From positions 62,001-126,000 of the IMG/VR virus record IMGVR_UViG_3300023202_000247: a stretch of 64,000 nucleotides of DNA. One strand, written 5' to 3'. The notes beneath the pieces were generated by a model. That model was not told where the DNA came from. It saw nothing but the letters and a program-made list of their open reading frames with translations, and ran no database searches. Positions 38,592 to 46,992 of this stretch are shown here, piece by piece. Position numbers and translations under genes: made by a program. Within the stretch, counting starts at the first letter, position 1; the number at the start of each line of letters is the position of its first letter.

Positions 38592-39011
38592 GTGAGTCTT
38601 CTAGATATATTAAAGAAAGAAAAGCTTTCTGCGATGAAAGCAAAGGACACTGTCCGGCGTGACATTCTAAGTCTCGTTATCGGTCAAGCTCAACAACAAA
38701 ATGTTTCGGATGATGCGGCGCTTCATGGTATCATCAAGAAACTAATCAAGAGCAATGATGAAACTTATGAAAGTGCGCGCGATGACATGCGAGATCAGCT
38801 GAAGGAAGAAAACAATATTCTTCAATTCTTTTTGCCAAAAGAAATGTCTCGTGATGAGATAATAAAGTTTATCGATGACAATGTTGACATTGCATCAGCT
38901 CAATCTGATGGCCAAGCAATTGGTCAGGTTATGAAAGCAATCAAGAATCAGAGCACCCCAGTAAACGGAAATCTAGTTAAAGAAATCGTAAACGAGAAAC
39001 GTAACAAATGA
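38592..39011 (+). CDS. GatB/YqeY domain protein
   Basis: AMKAKD, ILQFFLPKEMS..I, GQVMK. Confidence 0.85.
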   Translation: MSLLDILKKEKLSAMKAKDTVRRDILSLVIGQAQQQNVSDDAALHGIIKKLIKSNDETYESARDDMRDQLKEENNILQFFLPKEMSRDEIIKFIDDNVDIASAQSDGQAIGQVMKAIKNQSTPVNGNLVKEIVNEKRNK

Positions 39012-42000
39012 CAGAATCAATCTTTGACCAAGTACTGGCAAACCAAAAATCAATAAGCAGAATTGATAACGATCCTCAAATTTTTTATGCTCTCATCGGG
39101 CTCATGCGCAAGCAAGATCCAAAGCAGTATGAGGAAAAGTTTGGTGAACTTAGAAACACCTTAGAAGAATATCTCGTCACAATCGAGAGGGATTACGAAA
39201 TCCTGGCAAACGCTGAGCGCAGTTTGTTCGAGGAAATTCGTAAAACCACAAAACGTCGCAATCCTTTTGACGGGTTGCAAGAGCAACAAGACGATCTATA
39301 TGATCGCTTCTTCGACACGCTCGCGCCCAACTTCATTCGTGTACAAAAGCAAGTTCTGCTTCAAATACGAGATTACTTTCGTACCTTGGTAAAAGTTGTG
39401 GCTGATTTGCAGCCACGAACTTTGATGATTGCTGAAGATGCTAAGGTAGATTTTTCATCCACCGATTCCATCAACAAAATGATGGGTGAGATGAATCTAA
39501 ATAAAGGTCATGTTCGGGACTGGGTGAACTCCGTCATCCATCTAGACAAAGCTGAAGAAGCTCTTGCTCAAACAGCTGACAATGTTGTTGGTTATGTTGA
39601 AACATATTATACGTTTCTGATGAATCGACACAATTCAGAAGGTGTCGCCATTCATCGCGATCCCATCGTTACAGATTTGGCACTTCTAATCTATCAAAAC
39701 ATCGATGCCCATGGTGAGATTGATGGTGGTAAGGATCCTGAAGAGTTGAGCGCATATTCCATGCGTAAAGCTGAGATAATTGTTGATGCAATTTCTCAAG
39801 GATTTGTTTGGGACTTTATAAAAAATCCAGATAGCTTTACCGCTTTCATTCGTGAAGCATTTGAAGGTGCAAGCAAAAAAGTTAAAGCCTTGATGTCTCT
39901 TTATCGTACAGAGATAGATAACCTTAATGCCATCGTTAACTGGAAAGGTCTCAGCTTTGGTGGTTCGGATGCAGCAGAGCGACGACTAAATCGTCATCTA
40001 GATTTTCTAGGAGATGTCGATCCCAACTCGATTCGTGAACAAGAAGATACAAAGCTTCTTTCAAAAGAAGAGCGCTACAACCGCGAGTTCAAAAACAAAA
40101 CGATTGCTCACATTGTTGAGCTTCTTACACACGAGAAGCCACAGATGCGAGAGATCATCGATTATGTTCTCGCACGAAAGAAAGAACTGCGTGTATTCTT
40201 CCACGAAGAAAACAGCTTTTACGTTTGCAGAATTGGACAGGGCAATCCATTTCTCGGGACAGCCCCGGGTGCATTAGAGGTAATCCCAGGCACTCGTCCT
40301 ACCGCAAGCATGGACGACATTATCGGAAGTGGCTTTGCAGAGATTAAAGAGTTTGTTGGCCACATTGAAGATGCTGGTAAATGGCATGATTTGTTTCTTG
40401 CAACAAGTCCAAGTAAAACAACTGATAAAAGTAATGTATTACTTGTTGGACCGATGGGATGTTTAGCTGGAGAAACATATATTCAATTTGAAGTCTACGA
40501 TGAAGAAGGGAAAAGAGTCAATCACAAAGGTGGAACAATAGAGCGTTTGTATCAACGCTTCCATGATTTGCTACAAACTCACGGTAGTCATCCTCAAAAT
40601 AACAACGGCACTTTTTGTGTATCATCTGTTAATGATGAGGATCGTATCTTAATTAACAAGATAGAGGACGTTGTTAAAACTGGTGAGAATGAATGCTATG
40701 AACTTACAACTGCCAGTGGTGACTCTATTATTGCAACAGCTGATCATCCATTTTTCAATGGTGAAAAATATATCGAACTTCAAAATTTGAAAGAGGGTGA
40801 TTTTGTCACACTGCATAGAAATAAAAAGTACACGGGTGATGCTCCTATTGATAAAAATAAGAGATCCAATGATAGAAAATATTTGTATGTCAAGAATCAC
40901 CCAATAGCTGAAAAAAAGATTGTTAATGGCAAATATGAATATTACAGACTTGTGCGCGCAAGAGCTGTAATGGAAGCTCATATTAATAACTTGTCTCTTG
41001 ATCAATATGTTTCTATGTTGAACGATGGGGAAGTTAATGGTCTTTCTTTCTTAGAAAGAAACCAACATGTTCATCATATTGATGAGAACATACTAAATGA
41101 TGAGCTTAACAATCTTGTTATCATAGATAGAGCGGAGCATAATAGTAAACATGCACGCGAACATCAAAACAATCTCAGGTTTGAGATTGTTAGAGATAAA
41201 ATTGTATCAATAAAATCTGTTGGAAAAAGAACAACTTATGACATAAAAATGTCTAAGCCTTATCATAATTATGTTGCAAATAATTTTGTTGTGCATAATT
41301 GTGGAAAGAGCGAAATGCTCAGAGCTGTTGGTTGTGATAAAAATAGTCTCGGCATTTACGCACAAGGTTCGGATTTTCTTACTTGCTGGAAAGGCGAGGC
41401 AGAAAAGAATCCCAAGCGCTTGTTCGAATCCGCTGTCAAGCTGCAACGTGAGAGCAAAAAACATGTTCACATTCTAATTGATGAGATTGACTCTGTGCTC
41501 TTGAAACCAGAGTTCATGAGCTATGGAGACTCTAATTTGTCTTTGGAATTTCAAATGATAATGGATGGTGTGGTTCATTATCCTCACCTTAGTGTGTGGG
41601 GCACGACCAACCATCCCGAGCGAATTCCGATGCCGATGATTCGAAGATTCTCAAAGGTACTCATCGTTGGCGAATTGAGCGTTGATGATCGAGAGACGCT
41701 GCTCAAAACCTTTATTGGTAGTAACCTACCCATTGCTACCGTGAAGGCAGGAGAGTGGAAGATGCTTAGCTCCAAGCTCGAAGGTGCAACTGGTGATATC
41801 GTTCGTAAGGTTGCCGATCATCTATGGCGTACAAAGATGAGTTGGTTCGTTGCGAATCACGAAAAAGATGCAGAAAAGCTCGTCGAGTTCCTTAATCGTG
41901 ATGGTCAATTTGAAATTGACACGTTTACCAAAGAAGAGCGCGGAGAATTCAAGACGAAACTTTCAGATTTCTTCGAGGTAACGGCAGATGATATCAATGC

Positions 42001-42118
42001 AGCCATCGATGTTCACTTGAGAAACCCGGCAATCAATGCGGAAATTGAAGTTGCACAAGAAACTTACGCGCAAGCTCGTGAGTTCCTTAACCAATTGGAC
42101 GCTGGCAAAATGGAATAA
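39008..42118 (+). CDS. AAA+ ATPase interrupted by an intein
   Basis: Walker A GPMG/CGKS split by intein; ILIDEIDS; TTNHPERI..RRF. Confidence 0.88.
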   Translation: MTESIFDQVLANQKSISRIDNDPQIFYALIGLMRKQDPKQYEEKFGELRNTLEEYLVTIERDYEILANAERSLFEEIRKTTKRRNPFDGLQEQQDDLYDRFFDTLAPNFIRVQKQVLLQIRDYFRTLVKVVADLQPRTLMIAEDAKVDFSSTDSINKMMGEMNLNKGHVRDWVNSVIHLDKAEEALAQTADNVVGYVETYYTFLMNRHNSEGVAIHRDPIVTDLALLIYQNIDAHGEIDGGKDPEELSAYSMRKAEIIVDAISQGFVWDFIKNPDSFTAFIREAFEGASKKVKALMSLYRTEIDNLNAIVNWKGLSFGGSDAAERRLNRHLDFLGDVDPNSIREQEDTKLLSKEERYNREFKNKTIAHIVELLTHEKPQMREIIDYVLARKKELRVFFHEENSFYVCRIGQGNPFLGTAPGALEVIPGTRPTASMDDIIGSGFAEIKEFVGHIEDAGKWHDLFLATSPSKTTDKSNVLLVGPMGCLAGETYIQFEVYDEEGKRVNHKGGTIERLYQRFHDLLQTHGSHPQNNNGTFCVSSVNDEDRILINKIEDVVKTGENECYELTTASGDSIIATADHPFFNGEKYIELQNLKEGDFVTLHRNKKYTGDAPIDKNKRSNDRKYLYVKNHPIAEKKIVNGKYEYYRLVRARAVMEAHINNLSLDQYVSMLNDGEVNGLSFLERNQHVHHIDENILNDELNNLVIIDRAEHNSKHAREHQNNLRFEIVRDKIVSIKSVGKRTTYDIKMSKPYHNYVANNFVVHNCGKSEMLRAVGCDKNSLGIYAQGSDFLTCWKGEAEKNPKRLFESAVKLQRESKKHVHILIDEIDSVLLKPEFMSYGDSNLSLEFQMIMDGVVHYPHLSVWGTTNHPERIPMPMIRRFSKVLIVGELSVDDRETLLKTFIGSNLPIATVKAGEWKMLSSKLEGATGDIVRKVADHLWRTKMSWFVANHEKDAEKLVEFLNRDGQFEIDTFTKEERGEFKTKLSDFFEVTADDINAAIDVHLRNPAINAEIEVAQETYAQAREFLNQLDAGKME
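40460..41299 (+). mobile_element. intein (280 aa) with HNH homing endonuclease
   Basis: C1 CLAGET, ATADHPF, HVHHIDEN..NNL..EH..KH, NFVVHN/C. Confidence 0.92.
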
Positions 42119-42298
42119 GGTAGAAGCGTCATGTTTGGCATTGCTCGGGACGTTCTTTGGTGCTATTGGTCTATGGATCATTGGCGTCCCGAGCAAATCT
42201 TTTTCCGAATTCTTCCCAATCTTAGCAGCGTTAGCTGTGTATAATATGTCCATAGCATATAATATTGGTGATATTGAACTATAATAATAGGAGAAAGT

Positions 42299-42556
42299 TT
42301 GTTTGACGACATAGGTGATTTACTAAAGCAATTACCATCTGCAAGAGATGATCTTACCAAGATGATTCTGTCTTATCTAAAAGACAAAGGCTTATCTCCT
42401 GAAGAATTAGTAATTGCACTTCTTAGTATATCTGCGCTTATTGCGTCGAGCACTGGTTGTGAGGAAAAAACATATAAGAAGCTTGCGGAGATAGCATTTG
42501 CAATTGAAGAGGCGAATGTCACTCTAATCAAACAAAAACAAAGTAAGGCTAACTAA
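42299..42556 (+). CDS. hypothetical protein
   Basis: RBS aggag, TTG start. Confidence 0.6.
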   Translation: MFDDIGDLLKQLPSARDDLTKMILSYLKDKGLSPEELVIALLSISALIASSTGCEEKTYKKLAEIAFAIEEANVTLIKQKQSKAN

Positions 42557-42566
42557 AGGAGAAGCC

Positions 42567-42734
42567 ATGGCAAAGAAAAAGAAGAGAAACTATCTCTTGG
42601 CTTTGGTTGCGAAAAATGATCCTGCGAGGTACAGGACACGCACCGTAAAGCCAGAGAAGGGTAAGGGACGTAAAAATCGCCCGCGAAGGAAAGACTGGAG
42701 CAAGAAGATTGATGACCTTGATTATGCAGCTTAA
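42567..42734 (+). CDS. arfA: ArfA-like alternative ribosome rescue factor (55 aa)
   Basis: RBS aaggag; RNYLLALVAKNDPARYRTRTVKPEKGKG resembles ArfA [25 protein letters not shown]; not in ORF track. Confidence 0.65.
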   Translation: MAKKKKRNYLLALVAKNDPARYRTRTVKPEKGKGRKNRPRRKDWSKKIDDLDYAA

Positions 42735-42768
42735 TATAGTTTAAGCTATATAATCAAGGTCATCAATC
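42707..42768 (+). promoter_or_regulatory. long hairpin over the arfA-like stop codon (candidate RNase III site)
   Basis: perfect 19-bp arms 42707-42725 / 42750-42768 plus inner agcttaa/ttaagct. Confidence 0.7.
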
Positions 42769-42784
42769 ATTAGGAAAGAGTAAA

Positions 42785-43180
42785 ATGAGAAACAGTTTGA
42801 CAATCAACGCAGAGACAAAAGTAATCCTCGAAAAACTCAAAGAGAATCGTCAAAAGCATATTGAGATTTATAATGAGGCCATGAAGAATTACAAGAGTAA
42901 AGTTATAGAACTCTTGAAAGAAAAGATTGAAGAGGTCAATTCTTCTGAAAAGATTGAAGCCATATCTTTTCATCTAGCCCTTCCGCAGTCGTTTGTAAAA
43001 GAATATGATATGGCAATTAGAGCGCTAGAGTATAATGTTGATGATACGATTCAATTGGATCAAGATCAGATTGAAAAGTATATCAACGACAACTGGCAGT
43101 GGATGGATACATTCCTCGTTGGTTCTATGAACTATTCTGCTCAAGCCGCAGAGTATGGGGCGTCGAGAGGATTACGATGA
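42785..43180 (+). CDS. hypothetical protein
   Basis: ORF track. Confidence 0.7.
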   Translation: MRNSLTINAETKVILEKLKENRQKHIEIYNEAMKNYKSKVIELLKEKIEEVNSSEKIEAISFHLALPQSFVKEYDMAIRALEYNVDDTIQLDQDQIEKYINDNWQWMDTFLVGSMNYSAQAAEYGASRGLR

Positions 43181-43512
43181 GTGGTAACGCAGCTACGGAT
43201 GAAGAGCTTTTTGGGCTGTTGGAACTACAGCTTAAAAGCGTCGAAGGTACAATGAGAGCAGCTGCCTTCTGGCTCGAGATGTTTGATGATGCTAGTGGAG
43301 AAGTGGATAAACGTCAAATAACAGTTTGTTCACATATTTTGAAACGTTTTCTTCAGCTTCAAAAGAATGTTGATGAATTGAAGTTGGGTAGAAAGCTTAA
43401 TGGTGAAGAGTATCTGCTAATCAGAGCTATGAACAATGAAGATGTCAATCATGACACAATTAAAAAAGTTTTGTCTGGAGAAGAAGGCAAAAGAAAAAGT
43501 GAGGTTAACTAA
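43177..43512 (+). CDS. hypothetical protein
   Basis: ATGA-coupled start MSGNAAT. Confidence 0.6.
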   Translation: MSGNAATDEELFGLLELQLKSVEGTMRAAAFWLEMFDDASGEVDKRQITVCSHILKRFLQLQKNVDELKLGRKLNGEEYLLIRAMNNEDVNHDTIKKVLSGEEGKRKSEVN

Positions 43513-44126
43513 TGCGTAGAAGAGAGTTTATTGGCAGTGCCGTTGCTGGTGGCCTAGTTGTGTCTGGCATATCACCTGATGTGAATGCTGTTGAAGTTAA
43601 CTCAGACTATGAAGAATATAAGCGATGGCGATGTAATTACGAAAAGCAAATGTTGCTTGCTGCTATTATTCGAATAAGTCATAAGCATGATAAATATCTA
43701 ACTGGGTGGACACTGTCAGATAATCCATATTATTCGTTTGATGATCTGTGTGATAAGTTTCGTAGTGAATACGCTCGTTGTTCTGTAAGTGATGATAGAG
43801 TCGTTACATTTGATAATGTTATTGCATTACATGAAAGCTATACCTTTCCAGAAAATAATAACTTATATGGTAATACATATATGTATGTACCAAAACGTGG
43901 ATTTGAAGTGACAGGTTGGTATAAGGATGATGGAGAATTCATAACAACTCATGAATACATAAAACAGCGCAGAAAAGCTGGTATAACAGAATCTAATAGA
44001 TTTTATTCTGATTTTCAAATCAAACGTATTGAAGATATAAATGCTATTCATGATAATGAATACATTCAGGAAGCATTCAAGGACTTCAAAATCCACATGA
44101 AAAGAGTGAGGTTAACTAATGCGTAG
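43512..44126 (+). CDS. hypothetical protein with twin-arginine (Tat)-like signal
   Basis: MRRREFIGSAVAGGLVVSG. Confidence 0.6.
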   Translation: MRRREFIGSAVAGGLVVSGISPDVNAVEVNSDYEEYKRWRCNYEKQMLLAAIIRISHKHDKYLTGWTLSDNPYYSFDDLCDKFRSEYARCSVSDDRVVTFDNVIALHESYTFPENNNLYGNTYMYVPKRGFEVTGWYKDDGEFITTHEYIKQRRKAGITESNRFYSDFQIKRIEDINAIHDNEYIQEAFKDFKIHMKRVRLTNA

Positions 44127-44270
44127 AAGAGAATTTATTGGCTGTGCCGTTGTTGAGGCACAATCGTAGAGTGATGACACCTGCTTATCAAAGCACTAAA
44201 AGTTGGAAAAGGAAAAATAACATGACAGCGGAAAATAACAAGAGATACAGATGATTTATTCAAACAGTTC

Positions 44271-44738
44271 ATGGATACGGTATTGAATAACCGTTTGGAT
44301 GATTCTCAATTCCTATTTGGCCTTGCAGGTATGATTATGAGAAACATGCAGAAGAAAAAGCGATTCAACGATCATACTCTAGAGGCGACCTCTAAAGTAT
44401 TGAGAGGTTGTCAAAAAATTCTTCTGGAGATGCCTGACGTTACTGTTGCAAAGGACCCTACAGATGGAAACGGCATACCTTTGGAATCCTTCTCTGGAGG
44501 GCAAGTCTTGGTAGATGCTTTGGAGAAATTGACTCATCTGTATCTGAACCAATCAAATAGTAGTCCTCATGTAACGGCAAGGTTGGCCGGGATGATGGTT
44601 GCTTCTTTGGACAGTGGTGAACGGATCACAGATTTTCGCTATGAAGCTCTCGAGCAGATTCTGCAAGCCTGTCAGAGACACTTGCAGAGACACTTGTTCC
44701 ATGAAATGGAAACTAATAAATCATCTCTCAATTCCTGA
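44271..44738 (+). CDS. hypothetical protein
   Basis: ORF track. Confidence 0.6.
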   Translation: MDTVLNNRLDDSQFLFGLAGMIMRNMQKKKRFNDHTLEATSKVLRGCQKILLEMPDVTVAKDPTDGNGIPLESFSGGQVLVDALEKLTHLYLNQSNSSPHVTARLAGMMVASLDSGERITDFRYEALEQILQACQRHLQRHLFHEMETNKSSLNS

Positions 44739-44955
44739 AACAATTGCAGCTGTTTATGATCTTCACGATGATGATATAGATCGCGATCGTGTGGATAAAC
44801 ACATCTCAGAATGCAATGTATGCAAAACGATGATTGATAACGAACGTGAATCCAATCCATTGGTTGGTCTACCAGAGCATGAGCTTGAAGAATTGTGGGA
44901 AAACACCGAGCCACAAGCTGGTGACGGAAAACGTTACAAGCTAGAAGAAGTTTGA
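44599..44955 (+). CDS. small protein with anti-sigma zf-HC2-like motif, fused to an HREDGPA C-cap
   Basis: HISECNVC motif; ends DGKRYKLEEV; start probably ATG 44701. Confidence 0.5.
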   Translation: MLLWTVVNGSQIFAMKLSSRFCKPVRDTCRDTCSMKWKLINHLSIPETIAAVYDLHDDDIDRDRVDKHISECNVCKTMIDNERESNPLVGLPEHELEELWENTEPQAGDGKRYKLEEV

Positions 44956-45046
44956 AAGATTAGAGTTTAACAGTTGTCACTCATCTTGCGCTGGCAAAGT
45001 TGTAGAGATTGACGGAAAACGTTACAAACTAGAAGAAGTTTGAAAT

Positions 45047-45487
45047 ATGGAAAAGCTAAGATTAGAGATTGACCATCATGGTAACAAGAGATACTACAAG
45101 TGGGATACGGATGAGTATCATAATCCATATGGTCCGGCAATTGAATATGCAAATGGACGTAAAGAGTGGTGGGTAAACGATAAGCGTCATCGTGAAGATG
45201 GCCCTGCTATTGAAAGTGCAAATGGATCTAAATCTTGGTATGTAAACAATAAGCTTCATCGAGAAGATGGTCCAGCTATTGAATATGCAAGTGGAGATAA
45301 AGTTTGGTATCTAAACAACAAGCTTCACCGAGAAGATGGTCCTGCTGTTGAATGGGAAGATGGAGATAAATCTTGGTGGATAAACGGTGTCGAATTTACA
45401 GAGGAAGAGTTCAACAATCATCGCTTATCTTGTACCGGAAAGATTGTAGAGATTGATGGAAAACGTTACAAGCTAGAAGAGGTTTGA
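45047..45487 (+). CDS. HREDGPA-repeat protein, copy 9
   Basis: same architecture as 11.8-16.8 kb copies. Confidence 0.85.
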   Translation: MEKLRLEIDHHGNKRYYKWDTDEYHNPYGPAIEYANGRKEWWVNDKRHREDGPAIESANGSKSWYVNNKLHREDGPAIEYASGDKVWYLNNKLHREDGPAVEWEDGDKSWWINGVEFTEEEFNNHRLSCTGKIVEIDGKRYKLEEV

Positions 45488-45490
45488 AAT

Positions 45491-45931
45491 ATGGAAAAGC
45501 TACGAGTAGAAATTGACTGTGATGGTACAAAAAAGTATTACAAGTGGGATACGGATGAATTCCATAATCCGTATGGTCCAGCTGTTGAATATGCAGATGG
45601 AGATAAATTTTGGTATGTAAACGGTAAACGTCATCGTGAAGATGGTCCAGCAGTTGAATTTGCAAATGGAGATAAATTTTGGTATCTAAACGGTAAACTT
45701 CACAGAGATGATGGCCCAGCTTTTGAATATACAAATGGAGATAAATTTTGGTATCTAAATGATAAGCGTCATCGGGAAGATGGTCCAGCAATTGAATGGA
45801 CAAATGGACATAAAGAGTGGTGGATAAATGGTACCAAACTTACAGAAAAAGAGTTCAACAGTCGTCATTCATCTTGTACCGGAAAGATTGTTAAGATTGA
45901 CGGAAAACACTACAAACTAGAAGAGGTTTAA
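45491..45931 (+). CDS. HREDGPA-repeat protein, copy 10
   Basis: same architecture. Confidence 0.85.
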   Translation: MEKLRVEIDCDGTKKYYKWDTDEFHNPYGPAVEYADGDKFWYVNGKRHREDGPAVEFANGDKFWYLNGKLHRDDGPAFEYTNGDKFWYLNDKRHREDGPAIEWTNGHKEWWINGTKLTEKEFNSRHSSCTGKIVKIDGKHYKLEEV

Positions 45932-46127
45932 ACGTCACAAACCCAAGGAAGAGCTGTACGATCTGTGGGAGGCAGTGGACGATGAAGCTGATGTACCGAT
46001 GATGGAATGGTTACATCGGATTATATTCGTTCCATTGTCATTGAAACTGGACGGGTGGCCGATTTAATAAAATCGTCATCTTTTGATTGCGCACTGCGAT
46101 GAGATAAGCTATGATAGCCGAAGCCCA

Positions 46128-46209
46128 GATGAAGAAACTCAAAGGATGCTGTGCTCCTAAAAGTCACAGACAAACTCAAAGGATGCTGTGCTCCTAAAAG
46201 TCACAGACA
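46128..46209 (+). repeat. two spacer-less tandem 37-nt hairpin repeats (left flank)
   Basis: aaactcaaaggatgctgtgctcctaaaagtcacagac at 46135-46171 and 46172-46208. Confidence 0.9.
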
Positions 46210-46242
46210 AATGATCCGTTACATGCCTGAGGTAAAAGAACC

Positions 46243-46704
46243 ATGAAAAATCTAGAAGACATTGGATCTGTTTTTGCTCCCAAAACAGGGGCAAGTGTTT
46301 ATTCGATACTCGAAAATATCTTTGAAGAAAGTAAAGATGTTGCTATCGAGTATCGTTCATTTGTTACAGAATTTCGCAGAGTTGTGGAAGTTATAAATGA
46401 ATATATTAACCGAAACTTTCACCCATCGATAAAAGTTTCAGTAGTAAAAGATGAACGAAATTTTTATCATTTAGTACTTAAAAAAGCTGGCCTGTCTGTT
46501 GCTGGTAAGTATGAATTTAAATTAGGCACGTTTTCCAAACGTAAACAAAATGATCTATGGTACTTTCATTATTGCTCAGAACAGGGCGATGACTATAACA
46601 AATATATACAAATTAAATCAATTAGCGAAATTGAAAATGCTGTAGCTACGGTCCTGTTAGATGAAGAAATATCTAACAGACTGAAAAAATTCGTGTTGTC
46701 ATGA
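46243..46704 (+). CDS. hypothetical protein between identical 82-nt direct repeats
   Basis: RBS gaggt; ORF track. Confidence 0.7.
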   Translation: MKNLEDIGSVFAPKTGASVYSILENIFEESKDVAIEYRSFVTEFRRVVEVINEYINRNFHPSIKVSVVKDERNFYHLVLKKAGLSVAGKYEFKLGTFSKRKQNDLWYFHYCSEQGDDYNKYIQIKSISEIENAVATVLLDEEISNRLKKFVLS

Positions 46705-46707
46705 AAG

Positions 46708-46789
46708 GATGAAGAAACTCAAAGGATGCTGTGCTCCTAAAAGTCACAGACAAACTCAAAGGATGCTGTGCTCCTAAAAGTCACAGACA
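46708..46789 (+). repeat. two spacer-less tandem 37-nt hairpin repeats (right flank)
   Basis: identical to 46128-46209; units 46715-46751 and 46752-46788. Confidence 0.9.
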
Positions 46790-46926
46790 CACAGTATGTA
46801 AACATCGGTGATGCAACTCCTCAAAAGCTTGCCAAGCTCGCAGAGTTTGTAAGCAAATCTGTTTCGGCTCAGAGTCAGAATGTTAGTTCCGGCAAAGCTG
46901 CTCCAGTTGCATCAATCAAGTTCTAA
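46789..46926 (+). pseudogene. orphan 3' end of a probable vWA/TerY-like gene
   Basis: TQYVNIGDATPQKLAKLAEFVSKSVSAQSQ..IKF* with no convincing start; followed by terminator. Confidence 0.5.
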
Positions 46927-46947
46927 ATCACGTCCAGAAATTTAGGG

Positions 46948-46984
46948 AGAAGGCCCTGTCCATTTGGGCGGGGCTTTCTTTTTG
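46948..46984 (+). terminator. Rho-independent terminator
   Basis: gaaggccctgtcc-attt-gggcggggctttc + T-run. Confidence 0.7.
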
Positions 46985-46992
46985 GAGCAGTT

